From positions 36,131,703-36,195,702 of the forward strand of contig CP154954.1 of NCBI GenBank assembly GCA_039621445.1: a stretch of DNA of 64,000 nucleotides, in the 5' to 3' direction. Position numbers and translations under genes: made by a program. Of this stretch, positions 35,878-46,844 are shown one piece after another; position 1 is the first letter of the stretch, and each line of letters starts with the position of its first letter. Under the pieces are notes generated by a model. The model worked only from the letters and a program-made list of their open reading frames with translations. It was not told where the DNA came from and did no database searches. This DNA is from Euglena gracilis (taxonomy: Eukaryota).

Positions 35878-36500
35878 GTGCCTCCAGACTCAGTGACGCC
35901 AGAAGCAAAGTTCTCTGGGACAGGCAGAGTCCGCAGGGCCCTGGAGGCCCTGGGCTACCATGTCGTGAGTGTCGACTGGGATTCCCGGTGGCACCCCGAT
36001 GTGGTGGCGGACATCCGGCGATGGGAGTACTGGCAGCAGTATTCCCCTGGTGACTTCGATCTGGTGGCAGCATCCCCACCATGCACCGAGTACTCATCGG
36101 CAATGACGACAAGGCCTAGGCGGTTGAGGCAAGCAGATGCGGTGGTGAGGAAGACAAGGGAGATCATCCAGTACCTCGCTCCGGCGAAGTTGTGGATCGA
36201 GAATCCCCGGTACGGGCTGCTCCGCAGGAGGCGAGTAGTCCGAGACCTGGCCTTCGTGGACCTCGACTACTGCATGTTTGAAGACTACGGCTACCGGAAG
36301 CCCACCCGGTTCTGGTTACCGAAGGAGATGGCCAGGGATCTCACCAACGTGTTGTGCGATGGCCGATGCAAAAGCTCGGTGCAAGGGGACAAAGGAAGAC
36401 GTCGCCACCGGTTCCAGCTGGGAGGCAGGTGCCCCAACAGGGTGTCACGAGAGGAGGCGTACAGAATCCCGTGCGGCGTGGTGGAGTACCTGTGCCAAGG
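35878..36500 (+). pseudogene. C5-cytosine DNA methyltransferase domain of the second Gypsy family (motif I partly lost)
   Basis: FSGTG, VVSVDWD, ASPPCTEYS, WIENPRYG, DLDYCMF..GYRKPTRFW, YRIP. Confidence 0.88.
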
Positions 36501-38458
36501 CAAAAGGACCACAAGCAGCGACCGAAGCAGAAGGAGCAGTACGCAACAGCCAAGTGCAAGAGGTGACCATCAAGCCGTGGCACGTACAGCCGGCCCGCTT
36601 TCAAGTGGGCAGGATGCAAAGGAGAGGAGGCGGATGCCGTTGCTGGTGGAAGTAACCCTGGAAGCCAATGGTGAGTGCTACAAAGCAAAAGCGCTGATAT
36701 GACACCGGAGCCCAGACGTCTCTCTGCCGGAGGGACCTGCTGCCAGAAGCCTCCTTCACGCAGTCCAGCAATCCGCTGCTGCTCAAGACAGTGAGTGGCG
36801 AAGAGCTTCACGGAGGGAAGAACGAGGCCACCCTCACTCTCTCCTTCGAAGCAAGGAGCGAAGAAGGCGTGCCAGTGGGCAGCCAGTGGAGCAGCACCTT
36901 CACCGCACACGACGGGGACATCGGCTGCGACCTCATCCTCGGATATCCGTGGTTGAAGGTCAATCGCCTCGACGTGCAGCCTTGGAGGGATGCACTCCAG
37001 CTGCATGATCCGCCACGGTGGGTGCTGTGCGTGCAAAAGAACAGCACCGTCCAAGGACAAGGAAGATTGACAGCAGCAGTGGTCACCCAGCAAGAGCCGC
37101 AACCACACCCAGCATCCTCAACCCAACATCCCCTCCAGCAACCCCTGTCATCAACGGCAACACAACATCAAGAGGATGAAGAGTGTCTGTTGGAAGATGA
37201 AGAAGATGTCGAGGAGCAAATGCTGGCATTGGTAGAGAAGATGCGGATGTGCATTCCCGGAGAGATCCATGAAGCCGAGGAGGACGAAGGTGCGTCGGAT
37301 GAGGAGATCTCCGACAACGAGGCACTCCAGGAAGCAGCAAGGCACATCCTCCAAGTGCAGGGCGAGCAGGTGTAAATAAGAGGCGTGGTGAAGTCAGACG
37401 ACGAGCATCCAGATCCACTTGCATCCAAGCTCCGGCAAGAAATCCTGGATGAATACGCAGGTCGCGTCTTCCGGGAAAGAGTGTGGCCAAATCCCCCAGC
37501 AAGAGGGACGCATGGCAAGGCCGTGCTCAGGCTGAAGCCAGGAGCAGTGCCAGTGGTGGGCAGAGTGATCCACCTGAGAGGAGAAAGGCATGATGCCCTG
37601 AGGAAAATGGAGGCAGAGTTCCGGAAGGACGGCAAGCTGGAACCCGGGAGGGGACCGTGGAGAGCAGCCGCCTTCCCAATAAAAAAGAAAAGCGGGAAGT
37701 GGAGACTGGTGTGCGATTACGCGCTCACCAACAAGCAGCTGCAGCCGGACAGCTACCCGCTGCCCCTCACCGAGGAGATCGTGGCCGAGCAAGCAACATG
37801 TGAGCTGTGCAGCACAGTGGACCTCCGGGATGCCTTCCATCAAGTCGCCCTTGACGCCCAGTCCCGGCCAATCACCAACATCCAAATGCCGGGCGGCCTG
37901 TGGCAGTGGACCGTGGTCCTACAAGGGATCAATGTGGGCCCAGCACTGCTGCAACGGGACTTCGATGCGACGTTTGCGGGACTGCAAAGGCACTCAAGGC
38001 CGTACTTTGATGACATCATCATCCGCACCAAAAGAAAAGTCGGCCAATCGGAAGGCCCATGCCACAGATGTCCGGGAGACGCTGGCAGCCCTTGAGCGCG
38101 ACAAGTGGGTCTCGGACCCCAAGAAGGTCAAGTTGTTCATGCGCCGAGTGGAGTTTGTCGGCCATGTGCTGGGAGGAGAAAGAAAGTCGCCAGCCCCAGG
38201 AAAACTGGCAGCGGTCCAGAAGTGGGAGCTGCACAAGAACGTCTCCAGCCTCCGGGCATTTTTGGGGCTGTGCAATTATAACAGCGGATACGTGCGAATG
38301 TTCGCCGAATATGCGGCACCGCTGCAGGAAAAGCTGAAGCTGCCAGAGCTCTCCAAAGCAGGCAGCAAACACCCGGTGACATGGACCAAGGAGGAAGAGA
38401 AGGCGTTCGAGTGCCTGAAGCAGGCACTCGTGGCGGACCTTGAGCTGTACCACATGGA

Positions 38459-38561
38459 GCCGATTTCGGCCGAAAATGGCCGAAAAATGACGCTTTTTGG
38501 GGCGTCTGTTACTTGCTTGCTATTTTGCGCCTCCCGGGCGGTAACGGCTGCCTTTTACGCA
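38459..38561 (-). repeat. ~100-bp satellite fragment (subfamily II type) inserted in the RNase H region
   Basis: gccgatttcggccgaaaatggccg...ttttacgca interrupts LELYHM|PTKPFVL. Confidence 0.9.
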
Positions 38562-41200
38562 CCCCACCAAGCCGTTTGTCCTTTGGACAGACGCATCGGA
38601 CTATGCAGTGGGTGCGGCGCTGGAGCACTTCCCACTGGTGGAAGGACTCCCGTCCCTCGCGGACATCCAGCCAGGTGCCTCCATCCCCGTGGCCTTCATG
38701 AGCCGCAAGCTCACCGATGGCCAACGTCAGAAGTGGGACACAAGGGACAAGGACACGTATGCAATCGTCTCCGCCCTGCACAAGTGGGCGCCGTCCATTC
38801 TGGACAACGAGGTGCTGGTGACAAGAGCCTACAAGGGTGGTACAAAGAGCATGTCGCAGGAGTCGGCCCACAAGGCCGCCGAGCAAGGTGGTATGCAAAG
38901 CTCAACAACTTCTGGCTGGAAGTCATCCATGTTCCAGGCCAAGCAAACACCATCGGAGATGCGCTCTCAAGATGGGCATATCCCGCCAGCCAAGGCTTCA
39001 AGGACATCACCTGGCATGGCACCGATCAAGACACGACAGAAATGCAAAAGCAAATCCAGAATGAGAAGGAACTTGAGATATCGTGTCCAAAGGACACTCA
39101 CCCAAGCGACACAGCCACCGAAGAAAAGCAAGTATGCGTCATACGACTCAAGCACAAAAGCACCGAGAACACCGAAGTGGCAGTGACCACCCGAGCACAG
39201 ATGAAAAAGAACCAGCCAGCACCAACAGCCAAGGGGTCCACCGACACGGAGACGCCAAGCCCAGCACGACAAGACACAGCAAGACCCACCAGACCCACCA
39301 GAGAAACCAGCAGCATGCCAAAGAAAAACGAAAAGCCAGCAGTCCCACAGACCAGCAGCAAATCAGCCAAGGACTCAGTGGAGGACGGGGAGGACGTGGT
39401 GGAAAACACAGCACCCACAGCAGAAACACTCGGGGGAAAGGATGCCACAAAATCAACCGCCGACCCAACAACCTCATCACCCCATCAACATCCCGAAACC
39501 TCTATCGTGCAGCCGCAACCTCCGTCTTCCAGCATCCCAGCACCCTCACCATCCTCACCATCACCCGACATTCCAACATCCTCCCCAACCACACCTGCCC
39601 CTGATCATCCCATCACCAACCCCGCAGACGCCGAGGAGGACATCGACATCTACACCACGGACTGGGGACCGCACTACGAGAAGTGCTCCAGATGGCAAAC
39701 CGTGTGGCACGACACCAAGATCGGAGACCCGTGGCCCAAGGGCTACCGGGTTGAACACAAGAGGCTCCTGAAGGATGGGGTGTGGTGCGTGCCAACGGGC
39801 CTGGTGGCATGCCTAAACGGGCCATTGGGCAGGCGAGATGCTGATGAAGGAGGCTCACCGTTTCTTCCAGTTCGCCGACGACGAGGAAGGCAAAGAAGCT
39901 GGCCGAGAGGATGCAGAAAATCTGCAGCTACTGCCAAGCAGTGGAACACCCCCATCAGCCGCTGAACCTGAAGATGACACCGACACCGGTGCCCCCAACA
40001 TCATGACCAGTGTCTGCATCGACCTGTTTGTGATGCCCGAGGTGGAGTTCGAGGGCAAGCTGCTCAATGTCGTCGCGGGCTGCATCCACGGACACAGTGG
40101 CTGGGTGGTGGCCAGGGCACACCACACGAGGGGGTTGACGGCAGCCAAGGTCGCCAAGGCGATGTACTGCAAGTGGTGGTCGCCCCATGGGATCCCAAGT
40201 GTGATCACCTCGGACAGGGGGCCCCACTTCGCAGGAGCGTGGTAGTGAACGATGTGTGCCCTGCAGGGCGTGCGGCACGCTTACTCCCGAGCACACCACC
40301 ACCCCGCCAACGGCAGAGCAGAGCAGATGGGGGCACAGCTGCAGAAGCAGCTGCGGCACTTCCACGAGGAGAATGGAATTCCGTGGGTGGAAGCACTCCC
40401 CATCGCTGTCAAAAAAAAACGCCTCAATGACAAAGAAGGACCAAGCGGGCTATCACCATATGAAGTGCTCTATGGAAGGCACCGGCCGTATGCTGGTGTT
40501 TCCTACGAGCCACCCACCAAGGCCGAAGATGCAGTCAGCGAGCGGCAGAAGTTGGTGGACAAGAAAGTCACAGACACCGTGAACCACCTGCACCATAAAA
40601 AGACCGAGCAGTTGAACAAGCGACGCAAGGAGTTGCCACCACTGCAGGCTCCCTTGTTTCCATGGATTGAATCTGAATTATGCGTTGGAATTCAATTCTT
40701 CAAATTACAGTGTTCAATTCAATCAAATACAAAGATTTCAAAGAAACCAAAGGAAACTGCCAAAGGAGAAATTGCTTTCAAGGAGATCAAATAAAACCTC
40801 AAGGAATTAGCCTACCAGGAGCGCCACAAGGAGTTTTCAAAGGTACTTGCTGGATTTGGCTGGGCTAAGTGGCTATAAGGGTGGGAAGCACGCCCTGAAA
40901 ACCCCTAGCATCCAGGCTTTTCCGCCCCCCCCCCCTCTGTCCCCCCTCAATTTCTCCCCCAGCAAGCGCACACGTACGGCTCCGTAGACCCCCAGAGGCA
41001 TCGCAGGAGGCACCCCCCTCCACTCCGCCGCCGGGAATACTAAAAAATGGATACCAAACCCTTTCCAAGCACCCACGGAGCTTCCCAGGGCCCCCGTGGG
41101 GGCTGAGCCCACCCGTGCACCTCCCCCCCCTTCGCCGGATCCGTGACCCGGGACCCACCCTGCCGGAACCCCAGCGAGACCGGTACCCCCCCTGGGAAAC

Positions 41201-43631
41201 TTCCGTTACCAACGTGCTATTTTGCGCCTCCCGGGCGGTAACTGCTGCGTTTTACGTACGCCCGCCGCGGGCAAAATTGCACCTGTCCGGCCGCCGCCCT
41301 TCGGAACAGTGAGGTAAAGCATCGCCGACCTCTAGCCGGGGGAGAGCGCTCGTCCTTGGAGCGCCGACGCAGCCGATTTCCGCCGAAAATGGCCGAAAAA
41401 GGACGATTTTGGGAGCGTCCATTACCGACGTGCTATTTTGCGCCTCCTGGGCGGAAACTGCTGCGTTTTGCGCACGCCCACGGCGGGCAAAATTGCGCCT
41501 GTCCGCCCGCCGCCCTTCGCAACAGTTAGGTAAAGGATCGCCGACCTCCAGCCGGGGAAGAGCGCCCGCTTTTGGAGCGCCGACGCAGCGGATTTCGGCC
41601 GAAAATGGCCAAAAAATGACGTTATTTGGGCCGTCCGTTACCAACGTGCTACTTTGCGCCTCCCGGACGTTAACTGCTGCGTTTTACGCACGCCCAGCGC
41701 GGGCAAAATTGCGCCTGTCCGCCCGCCGCCCTTCGCAACAGTTAGGTAGGTAAAGGATCGTGGACCTCTAGCCTGCTCAGAGGGCTCGTTTTCGGACGTC
41801 GAAGCAGCCGATATCGGCCGAAAATAGCCTAAAAATAACGTTGTAGGGTGCGTCCGTTACCAACGTGCTATTTTGCGCCTCCCGGGCGGCAACTGCTGCG
41901 ATTTGCGCACGCCCGCCGCGGGCAAAATTGCGCCTGTCCGGCCGCCGCCCCTCGCAACAGTTAGGTAAAGGATCGCGGACCTCTAGCCGGGGCAGAGCGC
42001 CTTTTTATGGAGCGCCGACGTAGCTGATTTCGGCCGAAAAAGGCTGGAAAATGACGTTTTTGGGGACGTCCGTTACCAACGTGCTATTTTGCGCCTCCCG
42101 GGCGGTAACTGTGGCGTTTTGCGCACGCCGGCCGCGGGCAAAATTGTGCCTGTCCCGCCCTTCGCAACAGTGAGGTAAAGGATCGGCGACCTCTAGCCTT
42201 GGCAGAGCGTTCGCTAGACGTCGAGGATCCGTTACGTAACTGTTGCGAAAAGCGGCGGTCGGACATGCGCAATTTTGCCCGCGGCGGGCGTGCGTAAAAC
42301 ACAGCCGTTACCGCCCGGGAGGCGCAGAATAGCACGTTGGAAACGGACGCCCCCAAAAACGTCATTTTCGGCCATTTTTGGCCGAAATCGGCTGCGTCGA
42401 CGTCCGAAAACGAGCGCTCTGCCCCGGCTAGAGGTCGCCGATCCTTTACCTAACTATTGCGAAGGGCGGCGTCCGGACAGGCGCAATTTTGCCCGCGGCG
42501 GGCGCGCGTAAAACGCAGCAGTTACCGCCCGGGAGCGCAAAATAGCACGTTGGTAACGGACGCCCCCAAAAACGTCGTTTTTCCTCCGTTTTCGGGCGAA
42601 ATCCGCTGCGCCGGCGCTCGAAAAACGAGCGTCTGCCCCGGCTACAGGTCTTCAATCCTTTACCTAACTGTTACGAAGGGCGGCGGCCGGGCAGGCGCAA
42701 TTTTGCCAGCTGCCGGCGTGCGCAAAACGCGGCAGTTACCGCCCGGGAGGCGCAAAAAAGCACGTTGGTAACGGACGCCCCCAAAAATGTCATTTTTCTG
42801 CCATTTTCGGCGAAAATAGGCTGCGTCGGCGTTTAAAAAACGAGCGCTGTGCCTCGTCTAGAGGTCGGCGATCCTTTACCTAACTGTCGCGAAGGGCGGC
42901 GGCCGGGCAGGCGCAATTTTGCCCGCGGCGGGCCTGCGTAAAACGCAGCAGTTACCGCCCGGGGGGCGCAAAATAGCACGTTGGTAACAGACGCCCCCAA
43001 AAAGGTCAGTTTCGGCCATTTTCGGCGGACATCGGCTGCGTCGGCGTTGCAAAAACGAGCGCTCTGCCCCGTCTAGAGGTCGGCTATCCTTTACCTAACT
43101 GTTGCAAAGGGCGGCGGCCGGACAGGCGCAATTTTGCCCTCGCCGGCCGTGCGTAAAACACAGCAGTTACCGCCCGGGAGGCGCAAAATAGCACGTTGGT
43201 AAAGCACGTCCCCAAAAACGTCATTTTTCGGCCATTTTCGGCGCAAATCGGCTGCGGCGGCGTCCGAAAACGGGCGCCTTGTGCAGGCTAGAAGTCGGCA
43301 ATTCTTCTACCTAACGGTTGCGAAGGGCGGCGGCCGAGGGTGGGTTGGGCAGGCACGCCTGTCCGGCGTGCCTGCCCAACCCACCCTCGAAACCCTACCC
43401 CCCTGGGGGGGTCGGCAGGGGTGCTATGGGGTGCCTGCCGCTAGCAGCCCCCCCCCCCCCCCGGGTTGGGGCAGGCACCTGACTTAAAAAAAAAAGCCTG
43501 ACCCCAACACCACCGTGAGGCGCAAAATAGCACGTTGGTAACGGACGTCCCCAAAAAGGTCATTTTTCGGTCAATTTCGGCGGAAATCGGCTGCGTTGGC
43601 ACTCCAAAAACGAGCGCTCTGCCAAGGCTAG
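41201..43631. repeat. 216-bp satellite, diverged subfamily II; reverse to ~42212, then forward; interrupted at 43337-43515
   Basis: Diagnostic variants cctttacctaac, ttaccgcccggg and aatcggctgcgtcggc. Confidence 0.95.
43335..43389. repeat. perfect 25-bp inverted repeat with a 5-nt loop
   Basis: cgagggtgggttgggcaggcacgcc TGTCC ggcgtgcctgcccaacccaccctcg. Confidence 0.95.
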
Positions 43632-43636
43632 GAGAG

Positions 43637-46600
43637 ATGGGTAAAGTGGAGCCTCCACAGTACCCCACAGTACTGTGGGGTACCCCACACTCACCCCCAC
43701 TGTCACCCCACTCCCCTCCCCACTCCACCCCCACTGGCACCCCACACTTACCCCCCCCCCACACTCCCCCCCCAGCCCCGGAGGACGTCCCAATGCTGGG
43801 CCCGGCGGGCGACCCTGTCGTGCTGTTGGATGGGGTGGCGCGGTGGCGCTCAGCGTCCCCTCCTCTGTCCCGGTGGCCTGGTGGCGACGTTGTCGGCGAC
43901 TGTGGTCTTCCAAGGGACCTCGCCCCCGGCTGGACCTCCTGTTCCCCGTGGGTTTGGACTTCGACTGGGCCTCCTCCACCACCATCTTCCGCCGGCCGGG
44001 GGTCCAGTCCGGGGGCTTCGTGCACAAGGTGGCCCCGCGGGTGATCAAGTGGGTCGCCCGTGTCCGTGGCGGCTGTCTCGCTACGCGGGAGCGTCTGGCG
44101 CGGCACGGCATCGGCGGCGTGGTGTCACCTGTCTGCCTGTGCTGCGGGGTGGAGGTGGAGGACGACGCCCACGTGCTGACGGGCTGTCCGGCTACCGGCG
44201 CTGCCCCCCCCCTCTAGGCCCTGCTGGATGTGTGGGCGCTGGCCAGCGCTACCTCGAAGCTGAGTGTGCCGCCCCCTTCACTGGCATGGCTGACGGCGCA
44301 CTGCCTCCCCCTGCTGGCGGCGCTGGTCCCCTCCACCGTGCTGCACCATCACGCTCTCCCGGCGGCGGATGCGACGCGGTTCATGCTCGCGTTGCACGTG
44401 GCCCTGGCTGAGCGCACGGCAGAACTCCTTCGCCGTCGTGGTGAGCTCATGGCCACCTCCCCGATGCTGGTCGACACGCCCTCCGACCAGCCCCCGGCGG
44501 TCCCCCCAGTTGTGTCCCCGGCCCCGGCGGCGAGCAGCTCCTCGTCTGCATTGCCCCCAGAGCTGCGCCTCAGTGTCCCCGAGCTGCGGTCCCGGGAGCT
44601 TCAGCAGCGCCAGCGCCCCCCGGCCCCGCTGGCACCAGCCGGTCCTCCGCAGGCCCCCCCATGCGGTAGCCCCCGGCGGCGTTGGTTGCAGTCGCGCCTG
44701 GTCGTCTTGCTGCGGGAGCACACTGTGGTCTGCCCCGCCAGCCGCGGATGCCGTTCGGAGGTCTTTCTGGACCTCTTTGAGGAGTTGGTGGGTGAGCACT
44801 ATACGACGACCCCTGGCTCCTTGCCGGCTCACCGCCTGTCCGGCTTCGCCAAGGCGTTGGCCAACCTGGTGGGCTCCACGGACCTGAGCCCCCCCCTCCA
44901 GCGGCACTCATTGGGTGGCGGTCGGTGGCTGTACAACCGCACCCCCACTGTGCATCGGGATGCTGACCGCTGGCGTCGACGAGCTGAGCGAGAGCTGGCT
45001 GCCTGTCCGGTACCTCGCCCTGTGGCAACCATCGCGGAGGTGGATGCCGGTCTGGCTGCTTGGCTGTGGTACCACCCCCACCTGCGGGCGGCGGCGGTGG
45101 AGCAGGGGCTGCCGAGCAAAGCGCTTCTGTTGCTGTGGGAGGTGGACAAGGGCATGCCCTTCCCATCCACTGCGGGCAGCTCGGAGTCTGCGCTGGTCCT
45201 GGGCTTCACCCGTCGCCTGCGCCGCCAGGTGGGCCTGGACGATGAGCTGCGGGACTACATGATCCCCCGAGACGTGGTCGGCGCCCTGGGACCTGGCCTG
45301 CGGGACAGCCACAACCAGCGCTGGCCGGTGCAGATCGTGCCGCCCGCCCCCGGGGAGCCAGCTGCCTGGTACGAGTTGTTCCAGCAGCGGTGGAAAGACT
45401 TCTTGTCGTCCTTGCGGGTCACCGCGCCAGCGGAGGAGGCGGATCATCGGCGGGCTCGAGCAGTGGGGGACCTGGCTCCAGCGAAGAGGCGGCGGACAGC
45501 CCCTCCGGCACGAGCAGCGTCAGCCAAGCCCCCCGCCCCGCCGCAATCGTCAACCAGGGCACGGTCTCCGGACGCCGAGGCCGCCGTGCCCCCACCGAAG
45601 CGTCAGTCCACCTTGGACTGTTGGCGGCAACCTGCGAAGGCCCCGCTACCCCATCATCGGCGAGCGGCTGAGGGTCCACCGACCTAATGGAAGAGGGATG
45701 GGGCGCTTGGCATCGTGGTGATCTCGGTCATCATGGCCTAGACAGCGCCCCGCGGTGAGGCCCCCCTCGCCGCTCCGACCGAACCCCCCCCCCCACACTC
45801 CCCCCACTGTCACCCCACACTCCCCCCACACTCCCCGCCCACTGTCACCCCACACTCCCCCCAACACTCCCCCCCACTGTCACCCCACACTTACCCCCCA
45901 CACTCCCCCCCACTGTCACCCCACACATACCCCCCACACTTCCTTTTTGTGTGAAATGGAAATTGCCGAATTCCAATTTGTTGGTTTACAGTACCATGGG
46001 TGAGCAACAGCCTGATTCTTTTTTGAATCCCAAGTTGAATTTTCGCAACTGTTCTGGTGTCATTTTTTTGACTTACTCGGCCTTCGGCCTCGTCGCGCCA
46101 CAGCCTTCGGCAGCGGCGCGGGGGCGGGGGTCCGCCCCCCCCCGGACCATTCCCCAGAACCAAAATAACATCATCCCCTTGTGTGTGCAAGGCAAGGGAA
46201 AGAAAATCCACTTTGTTGGTTTACAGTACCATGGGTGAGAAACAGCCGGATTCTTTATTTAATCCCACGTTGAACGTGCACAACTGTTCAGCTGTCATTT
46301 TTGACTTACTCCGCCTTCGGCCTCGTCGCGCCGCGGCCTTCGGCCGCGGCCCCCCCCCCCCCCCCCCCCGACCCCCCCCCCCCAAGAACCTAAATAACAT
46401 CATCCCGTTGTGTGTGCAAGGCAAGAGAAAAAATCCACTTTCCTCGGATTTGGCACATCCCCCCCACTGTCACCCCACACGTACCCCCCACACTCTCCCC
46501 CACTGTCACCCCACACTTACTTCCCACACTCCCCCCCACTGTCACCCCACACTCCCCCCCACCCTCCCCCCCCTTTCACCCCCTCCCCCCCCCCCCACTC

Positions 46601-46844
46601 CCCCCCCACTGTCCCCCCACACTTAACCCCCACACTCCTCCCCCCAACTGTCACCCCACACTCCCCCCCACACTCCCCCCCACTGTCACCCCACACTTAG
46701 CCCCCACACTCCCCCCCACTGTCACCCCACACTCCCCCCCACACTCTCCCCCACTGTCACCCCACACTTACCCCTCACACGCCCCCCCACACTTACCCCC
46801 CACAGTACCCCACACTCGACTGTGGGGGCTCCACTTTATGCCAT
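43637..46844. mobile_element. non-autonomous TIR (DNA transposon-like) element with C-rich ccccactgtcaccccacact repeats
   Basis: Left atgggtaaagtggagcctccacagt vs right actgtgggggctccactttatgccat form a ~25-bp imperfect TIR. An internal ~235-bp duplication starts at ~45977 and ~46212. The TSD is unclear. Confidence 0.7.
43773..45783 (+). mobile_element. 5'-truncated non-LTR retrotransposon (LINE) 3' fragment nested in the TIR element
   Basis: zf-RVT-type RERL...CLCCGVEVEDDAHVLTGC at ~44085-44190. The frame continues (44230-45687) to a stop and a short 3' UTR. It is flanked by duplicated ccccccccccacactcccccc. Confidence 0.7.

Larger units (their letters stand above)
33537..40650 (+). mobile_element. 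truncated, degenerate Ty3/Gypsy of a second family with a C5-MTase; no LTRs visible
   Basis: C5-MTase, protease (ALI/DTGA, frameshifted ~36700), RT (VDLRDAFHQV, YFDD ~38003), RNase H (WTDASDYAVGA), integrase (SVCIDLF, ITSDRGPHF, ANGRAE). Protein-level similarity to copy A only. Confidence 0.9.
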
